The notes below the pieces were generated by a model that was not told where the DNA came from, made no database searches, and saw only the letters and a list, made by a program, of their open reading frames with translations. From a virus (lineage: Duplodnaviria > Caudoviricetes), in the IMG/VR virus record IMGVR_UViG_3300037439_000026, positions 1 to 43,107 of that record: a stretch of 43,107 nucleotides of DNA, one strand, 5' to 3'. This document shows, in pieces, positions 1 to 8,678 of this stretch (its first letter is position 1; every line of letters begins with the position of its first letter). The translations under genes and the position numbers were made by a program.

Positions 1-7
1 ATGCAGA

Positions 8-40
8 AGGGGGGTGGAGTTTGCGAGACCCCTCCCCCCT
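8..40. repeat. Imperfect inverted repeat at the genome end
   Basis: agggggg (8-14) pairs with cccccct (34-40), with further internal pairing. Confidence 0.6.
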
Positions 41-61
41 ATCCTTTGAAATCCTGCAAGG

Positions 62-298
62 CTATCTTTGTGCCACCTTTCGATAGAGACCGAGAACATT
101 CTCTTTCACGATCTCATCGATTCCTTGTTCGATTGCCAAGTCTTGATCAGCTTCACTGAGTTCATTGGACGATCTCACGATTCGAGCTAAGAACTCAGTA
201 GTGTTGTAACCTTGTCGCTGATCAAACGCATACCACTCATCAAACTGAGTGAAGGGATCGAACGGATTGTCAACAGTAGTAAGCATGTGTTCAGCCAT
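62..298 (-). CDS. Conserved phage hypothetical protein
   Basis: ORF immediately after the 886-aa gene; GGAGG RBS before ATG at 298 (MAEHMLTTVDNPFDPF). Confidence 0.75.
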   Translation of the reverse strand: MAEHMLTTVDNPFDPFTQFDEWYAFDQRQGYNTTEFLARIVRSSNELSEADQDLAIEQGIDEIVKENVLGLYRKVAQR

Positions 299-300
299 TC

Positions 301-2961
301 TCAACCTCCTTCACTAATGGATGTCTTCAGAGTAGTGAGTGACACACCAAGAGCATCAGCAATCTCAGCCTGGGTGTAGCCAGAGTTGGCCATAGCCTGG
401 GCTCTTTGCTGCTTAGAGGGGCTCATCAGCAGCGTTGTCTTAGGTGTGGCAAGCTGCTTGACTTGTTCTAGGTCTGCGTGATTCAGAATCTGATTCAGTT
501 TGTTGTTACTCAACGCACCAGCTTGAATGGCGGACCATTCATCATTGGTGATCACGATTCGTTGTTTGTGTGCCCCAGTCCTTGTTCGCATCTCTGCTAG
601 GGCCTGTGCCTTCAACTTCTTGACCTCAGAGGGCTCTAGGTCCGGATTGTCACGCCTCTTCTGGGCAAGTACGGCGTTGGCTAGGACCTGGGCTTGTCTC
701 TCTAGGGGGGCGTTCCTGAGAGCCAGGGTCAACTTAGAGTTGAGTGATGCTACTTGCTTGGAGTAGGCGGCCTTTGCTGAAGGCGAATAGGGCGTGGTTC
801 TTGTTGATACTGCCGCCTTCCTTGCTGAGTTAGCCAACCCCTTCAACTGATTCGAATGTTGTGCATACACCTTCTCAATTGGAGTACCAGAAGACAGAGT
901 GAATGCATCATCCGTTTCAGCTAACTTTGTGGATCGTTGAGTCTTTCGTACCACCTTGCCTTGCTTGTTCGTATAGGTGGTTCCGGTTTCTTCATAGACC
1001 CGCTTTCCAGTAGCCTTGTCTACAGCACCCCCTTTTGCTGCGGACCGGGGCTTTCTTTCAGCTACATCTAGGCGGGATGTTGCTCTCGAGATGAGCGTTG
1101 ACGCGCCTGCCCTTGCGCTACCTTGATACTTCTGCTTGAGTTGTGCAATGCCATTGGCTTTGGCTGACTCTTTCCAGTTGAGTCCGTGCTTCTCTGCATC
1201 GATGACTACCATGGAGTGCCGAACTGCTCGAGCAAGCTCGGTCGTGTTTGCTCCACGAATAGTCATGTCGGTGATGAGGTTGGATACATCACCCATCTCG
1301 AAGGCCTTCTGCCTAGCCGTCATCTTCTTCATTCCTGAGTAGCCAGGATAGGCGGCCTGAGGATCGAAGCCCTTCAATCCAGCAAGAGCAGGCGAAGTCT
1401 TGATCTTCTTGTTGTTGTTCGGGATGACCAAGACCGTGTCACCATCGAAGTCTGCACCAGATAGTCGTTGCGCCACCTTGCTATTGATGCCTATGGCGTT
1501 GGGTGGTCGACTACCTAAGAGCTTCTTCGCACCTGGATGGCGATTGTTTACAGTCAACTCAGGGATCTCGAAGATTCCACCATGTGGGAATCGAACCAAC
1601 GCAACCCGTTCTCCATTACGGAAGTTGGGTGCGTAGACTTCGGTTTCCTTGAGCGAATTGACTGGAAGGATGACGTGTGTCTTCTGCCTTGGAATTGCTG
1701 CTGCCTTAAGGTGCACAGCAGCCGAGTCAGCGTCATCGGCGAATGATTCAAGAAGCTTACGCCGAACAGCTGGGTTGGTCAAGCTCATGATCTCATCGAA
1801 CGTTTGCTTGCGACGTTCATAAGTCACGGCCAACTGTTTCTGTGCAAGGGAAGGACTTTGCTTCGATAGCATCTGAGAAGATAGACTTCGAGACCACTTC
1901 TCCCAGTCAGCCTCATCGTTGACGATGTTCATCGCTGATGTGACTTTGTCTTTGCCGTCGCTTCCCTTCTTGACAATCTGCCGAACCACAGCACCAAAGG
2001 GATTGTCGGGGTCATCCTTCAGTTGCTTCATGGCGTCGAGCTTGTTGCCTGTATTCTTCTTGTTAGTGTTGAACACGAGATCTACGCCGTCTGGTAAATC
2101 ATCCTTGTAGATCGCCATGCCTTTCATGTAGTGCGTACCGTCAACAGCGATACGAACCTGAGCATAGCGATTAGCACCAAGCGATAGATCAGTCTTTCCA
2201 GGTCGAACATAGATGACGCCATCCGCATCGGCACCACCATCTTCTGCATAACGAATCCCAATCCTCTTGGAGTTCACATGCATTGGTGGTTGGAGACCAA
2301 GGTACGAGCGACCACCATCATCAGAGAAGTCAGTAACCTGTTTGATGTTGGCTCGGTTCTTGTAGACTTCTGAGTATGACACGTCAGGCTTAGACAGTAC
2401 CTTGATAGTGGTCTGTTGTCCAGTGCCGAGTTGCTCGACCTTGACGTAGTGAACGCCATACCCTTCTTGTTCGAGCATGGCGATTGCCGTGTTCAGTTTT
2501 GTCCTACTGACACCAGTTGGGATGTGATGTTCCACACCAGTACCGACATCAATAAGACCCTTGCTCTCAACCTGACTCTTCAGCATCTGCGCTGTTACTT
2601 GAAGAGAGTCGGCCTTGTCTTTCTGCCCAGGGACCAACAGAGAACGAACTGTTGATTCGTTCATTCCCATGCGTTGCCCAATGGCTATATTGGAGTAACC
2701 TTTGTCCTTGAGTCGCTGAGCCATGGCAATGTTAGACTGGCGTTCTTCAGTCTTCGCAATCGACTTTGCTGCGCGGAGCTGAGTGGTCGTCATCTTCAAG
2801 CCTTCTGCGATTTGAGTCTCGCTAAGACCTTGTTTTTGAAGACTACCAACCATTCCAAGGAAGCTCGAGGGAGACGCGTTGTCACCAGAACCCCATGGGT
2901 AACGACCCGATCTCCTGATGATGCCGTAGTGAGCCAGGAAATCTTCTTCTTTGATTATCAC
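301..2961 (-). CDS. Putative single-chain two-barrel (YonO/RdRP-like) RNA polymerase with N- and C-terminal HTH domains
   Basis: LSGADFDGD metal-binding loop, upstream RFP, YAQVR..HYMKG, GDVSN and HSMVVIDAEKHG match cellular RdRP/YonO motifs in the expected order; three or four HTH-like segments. Confidence 0.8.
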   Translation of the reverse strand: MIIKEEDFLAHYGIIRRSGRYPWGSGDNASPSSFLGMVGSLQKQGLSETQIAEGLKMTTTQLRAAKSIAKTEERQSNIAMAQRLKDKGYSNIAIGQRMGMNESTVRSLLVPGQKDKADSLQVTAQMLKSQVESKGLIDVGTGVEHHIPTGVSRTKLNTAIAMLEQEGYGVHYVKVEQLGTGQQTTIKVLSKPDVSYSEVYKNRANIKQVTDFSDDGGRSYLGLQPPMHVNSKRIGIRYAEDGGADADGVIYVRPGKTDLSLGANRYAQVRIAVDGTHYMKGMAIYKDDLPDGVDLVFNTNKKNTGNKLDAMKQLKDDPDNPFGAVVRQIVKKGSDGKDKVTSAMNIVNDEADWEKWSRSLSSQMLSKQSPSLAQKQLAVTYERRKQTFDEIMSLTNPAVRRKLLESFADDADSAAVHLKAAAIPRQKTHVILPVNSLKETEVYAPNFRNGERVALVRFPHGGIFEIPELTVNNRHPGAKKLLGSRPPNAIGINSKVAQRLSGADFDGDTVLVIPNNNKKIKTSPALAGLKGFDPQAAYPGYSGMKKMTARQKAFEMGDVSNLITDMTIRGANTTELARAVRHSMVVIDAEKHGLNWKESAKANGIAQLKQKYQGSARAGASTLISRATSRLDVAERKPRSAAKGGAVDKATGKRVYEETGTTYTNKQGKVVRKTQRSTKLAETDDAFTLSSGTPIEKVYAQHSNQLKGLANSARKAAVSTRTTPYSPSAKAAYSKQVASLNSKLTLALRNAPLERQAQVLANAVLAQKRRDNPDLEPSEVKKLKAQALAEMRTRTGAHKQRIVITNDEWSAIQAGALSNNKLNQILNHADLEQVKQLATPKTTLLMSPSKQQRAQAMANSGYTQAEIADALGVSLTTLKTSISEGG

Positions 2962-3518
2962 CGCGGCACCTCCTTACTCCACTCAGTGATGTACTTGTCA
3001 AAGGTAATGATTTTGTCCATGATGTGCATCAGATCATCGGGATCTGGGGCATACACCTGGACTTCGTCGTTTTGGTAGATGCGAAGTTCAATGTCGATCT
3101 CGAACGGCCTAAAGCGGTACTCAAGACAAAAGAGCGCCGCGTAGACTTCGAGTTGGTGCATCGACGCTTCGATCATTCCGGTTTTGAGGTCATGCACTCT
3201 CAGCGTATTAGCTCTGAATCCAATAGCATCAGCGGTACCGAAACAGAAATCAGAGTAATACAAAATTTGCTCGGGAGACATTCGAAACCCGATCGCATCG
3301 TTGACATACATATTCAATGTCTTCTTGAGATCTGGAAGTTTCACACCTAGACGAATAGCTCGTTGTGCAAACTCATGAAGCTCAGTCCCCCGTTGAGCAG
3401 CTACGGCTGCATGAAATACGCGAGCGAGCTTATCTTCGTCATAGTTGATCCAGTGGTACTTGCTTGCGCTAAGAAATGCGTGGCCTCCGGCCAGGGTAGA
3501 ATGCGCGTTGAAGTTCAC
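2958..3518 (-). CDS. PD-(D/E)XK (Cas4/RecB-like) exonuclease
   Basis: GTELHE, GTADAI, VHDLKTG and QLEVYA motifs. Confidence 0.8.
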   Translation of the reverse strand: MNFNAHSTLAGGHAFLSASKYHWINYDEDKLARVFHAAVAAQRGTELHEFAQRAIRLGVKLPDLKKTLNMYVNDAIGFRMSPEQILYYSDFCFGTADAIGFRANTLRVHDLKTGMIEASMHQLEVYAALFCLEYRFRPFEIDIELRIYQNDEVQVYAPDPDDLMHIMDKIITFDKYITEWSKEVPR

Positions 3519-3780
3519 GGACCACGTCCTCTTCGTTTTCCGGGTAGACGAAGGCTGCGTATGACATCCGATTCAGCTCATCAATGTAAAACTCTTGGTT
3601 TGGCTGAACTGGTGCGTCTTCGAAACCCTTCACCTCGAGTATCCCCCAACGCTTTTTATACAACAGCGTCAGATCTGGGATGCCCTGCATATAGTCGGTG
3701 TCGTTCTTTAGAATGACACAACCAGGGAACTCCCGCCGAAGTCTCTGGATGAGTAAGGGTTGGTACTTTCGCTCCAGCAA
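3469..3780 (-). CDS. VRR-NUC / Holliday junction resolvase-like nuclease
   Basis: GIPDL..LEVK..QPNQ motif; about 100 aa. Confidence 0.8.
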   Translation of the reverse strand: MLERKYQPLLIQRLRREFPGCVILKNDTDYMQGIPDLTLLYKKRWGILEVKGFEDAPVQPNQEFYIDELNRMSYAAFVYPENEEDVVRELQRAFYPGRRPRIS

Positions 3781-3863
3781 GGTCTCCCCCCTTCGCAGGA
3801 AAACTAAAGAAGCTTGTTTCCACTCCTTCTATTATATCCTGCGATCCTACACTGAGTTAGTAT

Positions 3864-4373
3864 CTAACGGACTATAAAGCGGAATGAGTACTGAGTCGGG
3901 AAGGGCTTCTTCTTATGGGGAGCATGCGAATATGCTGAGTTCAACACATCATTCCACAGCAGTCCGTACTTGACACACACCTCTTTCATCTTGTTGAATG
4001 TCTCGCCAGTCTCGACAATCTCGAATGGACCGACCATATCATGGAAGACACGGTCCTTGAATTGCTCGTGATACTTTCTCACGAACCATCGAGGACGCCA
4101 TACCAGATTGTTTATGTTACAGTTAGTGCGAACACCATCTAGATGCATTGGTGTGTCGTAATGCTCTGCGGGTTTCTCGATGAATACGGACGCCACCAAT
4201 ATAGCAACAGAGCGCTTGTACTGTTTCCCTTCAATTACCAAACCAACGTGAGGCACACCTGTCTGGTTGACTGAGATCGCTAAAATGTTCTGGGTCTTCA
4301 TGTTATAGACTTGCCCGTAGTTGCTTACGAGATGGTCTGGAAAACCCTCAACATCCTCCCACTTTTCTCGCAC
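3864..4373 (-). CDS. NUMOD4-HNH endonuclease-like protein
   Basis: EKWEDVEGFPDHLVSNYGQV (NUMOD4) and HLDGVRTNCNINNLVW (HNH); GTG start at 4373 with a GGAGG RBS. Confidence 0.75.
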   Translation of the reverse strand: MREKWEDVEGFPDHLVSNYGQVYNMKTQNILAISVNQTGVPHVGLVIEGKQYKRSVAILVASVFIEKPAEHYDTPMHLDGVRTNCNINNLVWRPRWFVRKYHEQFKDRVFHDMVGPFEIVETGETFNKMKEVCVKYGLLWNDVLNSAYSHAPHKKKPFPTQYSFRFIVR

Positions 4374-4414
4374 AGAGCCTCCATGTCCGATGTGTCTAAA
4401 TTGTCTCCAGATTG

Positions 4415-4750
4415 ACAAAAACCAAAAATTTTGCTCAAAAAGTTTTTAAAAACACCTACTATTAGTATCTACCTAGATACTTAAAGTCTCTTATTATAAA
4501 ACTTCTTAGGTGTTTTTTTTGTTTTTGACAAGATTAGAGATCAAAAACACGCCTTTTTGCCCGAGTATCATCCCTTTCGTCTCCGGTACGGTAGGATTGG
4601 ACCAACAGTGTCCGCTTTTAGACTGATCCGCCCTAATAATTATCCCTTTCGCACCAGTATGTGAGTTTGCCGAGATGTTGATCTTGATCTTTCGTCCTTT
4701 TTGCCCACGTTAGCTACGTCTCATTATCACGTCGCCCCACATTGTCCCTT
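4415..4750. other. AT-rich non-coding region with inverted repeats, candidate replication origin
   Basis: Long A/T runs; AGTATCTA-cc-TAGATACT (4464-4481); AAAAACACCTA (4448-4458) pairs with TAGGTGTTTTT (4507-4517). Confidence 0.45.
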
Positions 4751-4751
4751 T

Positions 4752-5921
4752 TCATCCACCTATAGACCGAATGAACCTACTTTCGTTGAAGCTCTTCTTA
4801 TCACTCAGTGCCTTCCAAATGGCTTTGTCAATGAGGCTGTTACTCTTGAGCGTGTAGTAGTAGAGCTCCCTGAATTTGGTGTTCATTCGATCAATTCTGC
4901 CGTGTGCTTGATGCCACATCTTGTATGAGTAAGTCATCGAGTAGAAACACATAGCGTCGGTCTCTATGCAATTCCAACCCTCAGAGCCTGCTGCATACTG
5001 AACCAGATATACCCACGAGTCGGTCTTTGGTATCGGCTCGTGTTTGTGCCCGTTCCATTCAGCAACCGTAAATAGGTCACTAAGTTCCCGTAGTTTCTCC
5101 AATTCGAAGTTGTAGTTGTAGAAGACGATCAACTTCTTGTGATTCTCTAACAAGGTTCGCAAGGCACTCAAGCGGGCTGGATCCGTATTGACAACCTTCC
5201 TCATTACAAGGAAGAGTTCCACCACGTCCCGGATTGGTCTTCCCTCGAATACATTCCATCGGTCTCTGACCACCTTATCGAACATCTTCGTGTTGTACGA
5301 AACTTCAACGTCCTTACACTTCCGCACAGTCTCCCGCCGATATGGCATGTGCACCAGCAGGTTGTTGCGCAGTCGAACAAGTTTCCCCACACTTGTGTAG
5401 CGTTCTACTTTTGGAAATTTGGAGAACGTGTTGTAGACCACGTGCTCTCGCTTAAACTCGGTCCTGTTCTTGTAGTACCCATTCGCTACGAAGACGGGGA
5501 TGTAATCCAGCCAGTTGTCCCCGGGGGTAGCACTCAATAGAATCCAGTTGTTCTTCTTTGCGATCTTCAGGAACTTGGTTGTCCAGACCCCGGCCCCGAC
5601 GAGTCGTTGTTCGTCAAAGATGAAGAAGGCTCCGGCCACGTTCTCATACTTGCCGATCTGGTTCCAGGAATCAACAGTAAGTACGCCACCGACAGTGGCA
5701 GCCTTAGCCCCTCCGATACCAAACTTAGCAAATTCGCCTTCCCAATCCAGCGAATCACGCTTCTTGGCGGTGGTGATGACGTAGACATCTTTTGGCGTCT
5801 CCCTTTTCATGTAGTAGGCCACGGCTGTGATTGACTTGCCTACTCCTACACCACCCCAGAGAATTCGTCCGTTAGAGAGCTTCTCAACGGCCTCTAGCTG
5901 GTGGGGTTGTAGCTCGACCAT
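4752..5921 (-). CDS. SF2 (SNF2-like) DNA helicase
   Basis: LQPHQ Q-motif, GVGVGKS Walker A, FDEQ, SATP and QAHGRIDR; GGAGG RBS before ATG at 5921. Confidence 0.88.
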   Translation of the reverse strand: MVELQPHQLEAVEKLSNGRILWGGVGVGKSITAVAYYMKRETPKDVYVITTAKKRDSLDWEGEFAKFGIGGAKAATVGGVLTVDSWNQIGKYENVAGAFFIFDEQRLVGAGVWTTKFLKIAKKNNWILLSATPGDNWLDYIPVFVANGYYKNRTEFKREHVVYNTFSKFPKVERYTSVGKLVRLRNNLLVHMPYRRETVRKCKDVEVSYNTKMFDKVVRDRWNVFEGRPIRDVVELFLVMRKVVNTDPARLSALRTLLENHKKLIVFYNYNFELEKLRELSDLFTVAEWNGHKHEPIPKTDSWVYLVQYAAGSEGWNCIETDAMCFYSMTYSYKMWHQAHGRIDRMNTKFRELYYYTLKSNSLIDKAIWKALSDKKSFNESRFIRSIGG

Positions 5922-5949
5922 TAGCCCTCCTTTCGACAAAACCATAAGC

Positions 5950-6090
5950 CGAGTAGGAGGGAGCCCTAAGACCCCCTCCTACACCCGTGGACTGCTATTC
6001 AGTTGTTATACCTGAGGTTGTAGTCGATGTCGAAGTCGTATTCTTGCTCAGTGGTTAGGGCATGATAGCAACCTCCTAACGTCTCAGGAA
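5950..6090 (-). ncRNA. Candidate structured RNA (hairpin with possible loop-loop pairing)
   Basis: 9-bp stem 5953-5961/5974-5982; its loop is complementary to 6055-6061; additional helices are possible. Confidence 0.3.
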
Positions 6091-6128
6091 GGATGACGAG
6101 AGTCATACCCATCATCCAACCTGAAAAG

Positions 6129-6299
6129 TCAGAGATCGCTTGGTTGTTCTATTTGTCGACCAACGATGTTACCCATTGAGTTAGGGAGCACTTCAACCCA
6201 CTCAAACGTGTTCGTGTCGACGCGATACTGAAACTGCCAGTAGTTTCCCTGTTTATCTTTGTACCAGTCGTTACATTCGTACTTGATTTCGTCAGGCAT
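6129..6299 (-). CDS. Small hypothetical protein, 56 aa (absent from the ORF track)
   Basis: MPDEIKYECNDWYKDKQGNYWQFQY...; start overlaps the upstream stop (ATGCCTGA). Confidence 0.6.
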   Translation of the reverse strand: MPDEIKYECNDWYKDKQGNYWQFQYRVDTNTFEWVEVLPNSMGNIVGRQIEQPSDL

Positions 6300-6768
6300 T
6301 TAGTCCCAACTCTCGATCGAGAACTCCGGTCTCGGACGGAGAGAACCGGAACACTGCGGTCTGCTGCTCACCAGTGTCATAGAGAACTTGGTCCACACTG
6401 GGACGCCCATCGGTGTACGTGCCAAGTTCATCATACTGAGGCGCGCCCGGCATGCTGTTCTTCTTCACCAACCAGGCGTACTGCATGCTCTGAACCAACT
6501 TCCGCTTCGTACCATCTGCGTAGGTCGCCAACATGTACACGCATCCGTCATTTGGCGATAGAAAAAGGTGCGAGACTCGGAACCAGCGGTTGAACTTGCG
6601 GGCCTGCTCCTCGTCCCCCGGAGACGCGGGCGTCTGGGACAGGTCGAACCGAAGCGGGCTGTCCGCAGCGATGACCATGTCGTTCTGGAGGTAGTTGGCG
6701 TCGAACAGGAGGTCTTCGGTTGCCGGGTCCATCTCGTAGTACTTGGTGATGTAACCTTCGGGAATCAT
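6292..6768 (-). CDS. Hypothetical protein
   Basis: AAGGAG RBS; phage-like codon usage. Confidence 0.75.
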   Translation of the reverse strand: MIPEGYITKYYEMDPATEDLLFDANYLQNDMVIAADSPLRFDLSQTPASPGDEEQARKFNRWFRVSHLFLSPNDGCVYMLATYADGTKRKLVQSMQYAWLVKKNSMPGAPQYDELGTYTDGRPSVDQVLYDTGEQQTAVFRFSPSETGVLDRELGLNA

Positions 6769-6849
6769 TCTGGAGCTCCTTTACAATTGGGGCCTGGATG
6801 CCTCCGGGAAGAAGTGGGAACCCCCGTACCCCACCTCAACCCGCAAACG

Positions 6850-7341
6850 TCAGAGCTCAGTCACGATCATGCTATCTGGATGCTTATAGTGCGAAATTGT
6901 CGTGCATCCAGGCAAGTTACACATTTCCGGAAGACGATGTGCTTCATCAATCTCGACCAAGTGCGCTTTGTTCAGGTTCGGAAACACATGCATGGGTACG
7001 CCCGGTCGATGCTGTAGGGTAGTCGGCTCTGGATCGATGAACGTCCCGTAGTCGTAGTCGTCCTCAGATGGATCGAACGTGTTGAAGAACGCCTTGGCCG
7101 TATAGATCTTGAAGCCGACTCCAGCCTGGAGAACGAAATCTCCTGGGAAAGCCATGGTCTGCTTCTCGTTCAGCGGCCTCATGACACGGACCTTCACATA
7201 CTTCTGCCGAGGTTGTCCAGACCGCGGAGAGGCCTCACGGATGACGCCGTCGCACCACTTCGCAACGTCCTCGAGATTCTCGATCGTGACCTGCACCGCG
7301 TTGACGAAGAAGGGCTTCCTGACGTATCGCCAAACCTTCAT
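6850..7341 (-). CDS. PGDYG-like domain protein (paralogue 1)
   Basis: YVRKPFFVNAVQVT..WCDG..AFPGDFVL..FFNTFD. Confidence 0.65.
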   Translation of the reverse strand: MKVWRYVRKPFFVNAVQVTIENLEDVAKWCDGVIREASPRSGQPRQKYVKVRVMRPLNEKQTMAFPGDFVLQAGVGFKIYTAKAFFNTFDPSEDDYDYGTFIDPEPTTLQHRPGVPMHVFPNLNKAHLVEIDEAHRLPEMCNLPGCTTISHYKHPDSMIVTEL

Positions 7342-7372
7342 CGTTATCCCTTCAATTTGGAGTTACCGTGGG

Positions 7373-8008
7373 CTAACGGATACGGGCCTTAGCCCTACAC
7401 GGTGCGAGTTGCTGGGCGAATGCAAAGTCGAGGATCTTCTTCTTTCCATTCACATACATCCATACAGTGCAGAGTAGTGTTGACTTTCGCGCATCTGTGT
7501 GTGCCGCAGTGATCCAAGCTTGCTGACCAGCCTTTGCCGTAAAGCACGTCTGGAAAGTTCCCTGCTCCGCGGGAGGCTCTCGCCCAGAGTCTGATCCGAT
7601 CTCCCAAGAGTTCCTGATCTTGGCCTTCGGATAACTGACCGAGTCAACGCAGACAATGCGCTGCTTCTGGTTATTCACAACGTTATGTTGCTTGTATTTC
7701 GGATTTAGCGGAGCATCCGGAAGATCAGGGAATTCCCTTGCTTCCTTCTTACAATCTGGCCACTGATCATTCATTTGGCAGGTGAAGAACTCCGCTTCCT
7801 GAACCTTGACCGTGGAAATCTTCTTGTTGCCATCCGACCCCATGTCGACGTTGTCCTTGTAGGAGATCTCCAGCGCACCGTCTTTGGTGACTTGACGATC
7901 GCAGACGATACCAGTTCCACATCCCAGAAGGAATACTGCCACCACGAGTCCGATTGCGATGTTCCGAATCTTCTTACTCTTTCGGCCCTTCATCATTCCC
8001 CTTGCCAT
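7373..8008 (-). CDS. Predicted lipoprotein or membrane-anchored Cys-rich protein
   Basis: Basic N-terminus, hydrophobic stretch and LLGC lipobox-like motif; the start may lie a few codons downstream. Confidence 0.65.
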   Translation of the reverse strand: MARGMMKGRKSKKIRNIAIGLVVAVFLLGCGTGIVCDRQVTKDGALEISYKDNVDMGSDGNKKISTVKVQEAEFFTCQMNDQWPDCKKEAREFPDLPDAPLNPKYKQHNVVNNQKQRIVCVDSVSYPKAKIRNSWEIGSDSGREPPAEQGTFQTCFTAKAGQQAWITAAHTDARKSTLLCTVWMYVNGKKKILDFAFAQQLAPCRAKARIR

Positions 8009-8126
8009 AGTCGGCCGGAAGTTCCCCAGAAAGAATCTTGCGATGGATGTCGCAGCACCACTTCAACCCGCGGAAGCACATTGGCTTTCGGTCGTCAGTT
8101 TTTCCGCATACCCCGCAGGTGTACAT
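7974..8126 (-). CDS. Small putative zinc-binding protein, 50 aa (absent from the ORF track)
   Basis: MYTCGVCGK...WCCDIHRK; GAGAGG RBS; starts just after the upstream stop codon. Confidence 0.65.
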   Translation of the reverse strand: MYTCGVCGKTDDRKPMCFRGLKWCCDIHRKILSGELPADYGKGNDEGPKE

Positions 8127-8127
8127 G

Positions 8128-8517
8128 TTACGACCTCTCCCGAAACAGGATGCCCTCGTTCTGTATCCCGATGATAATGTCGGTGATTAGTTGAGAGACA
8201 TCGTGTCCTCTCTCCGAACTGAACCGCGCAGACAGACCCGACTCTATGCCGGCTCGAACCTTGAGTAGAGTTTTCTCGTCGAAGTATTCTCCTCCGTCCT
8301 CGATCCCATCTTCCTCGTCAAGCAGAGAGGAATACAACGAGACGGAGGAAAAGCGGGGACTGAGTTCTCTCATGTCCTGACAGAAGCGGTTGTGGATCTC
8401 GTCCCACTCCACGGAACCACGAACCAGAACACTCAGACTGAGTCCGTGAGTCGGCTTGTTGTGAGGTAGTAGCTCGTCCGGGATGTCGAACAGAGCGTCA
8501 GTGCCATCCGTCATCAT
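8128..8517 (-). CDS. Hypothetical protein
   Basis: AAAGGA RBS before MMTDGTD. Confidence 0.65.
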   Translation of the reverse strand: MMTDGTDALFDIPDELLPHNKPTHGLSLSVLVRGSVEWDEIHNRFCQDMRELSPRFSSVSLYSSLLDEEDGIEDGGEYFDEKTLLKVRAGIESGLSARFSSERGHDVSQLITDIIIGIQNEGILFRERS

Positions 8518-8668
8518 CGTTCCTTTGGATCGGAACAATGACCGTCTCGTCATTGTTGTAGGGAGTGTTCTCGGCCTCTTTCTTGGCTTCCCTCTTGGTC
8601 TCAGTCTTTGTGACCAGAGCAGCACCAAGAAGGACGCCGGCGAGGGCGATAAACGCCCCCGTCAGCAT
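8498..8668 (-). CDS. Small membrane protein
   Basis: Hydrophobic helix GAFIALAGVLLGAALV; fills the gap in the operon. Confidence 0.6.
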   Translation of the reverse strand: MLTGAFIALAGVLLGAALVTKTETKREAKKEAENTPYNNDETVIVPIQRNDDDGWH

Positions 8669-8678
8669 CTGAAGCACG

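Noticed and set aside
2958-3518. Cas4-like nuclease as evidence for a CRISPR system
   Set aside because: No array or other cas genes; stand-alone nucleases of this type are common in phages
4718-4750. GTCTCATTATC as a sixth promoter copy
   Set aside because: Lacks TCGCA at the 14-nt spacing and has no adjacent RBS or ORF
6044-6090. GCTCAGTGGTTAGGGC resembles a tRNA D-arm and part of the pistol ribozyme consensus
   Set aside because: No anticodon stem, T-arm or acceptor stem follows, and the pistol elements are in the wrong order
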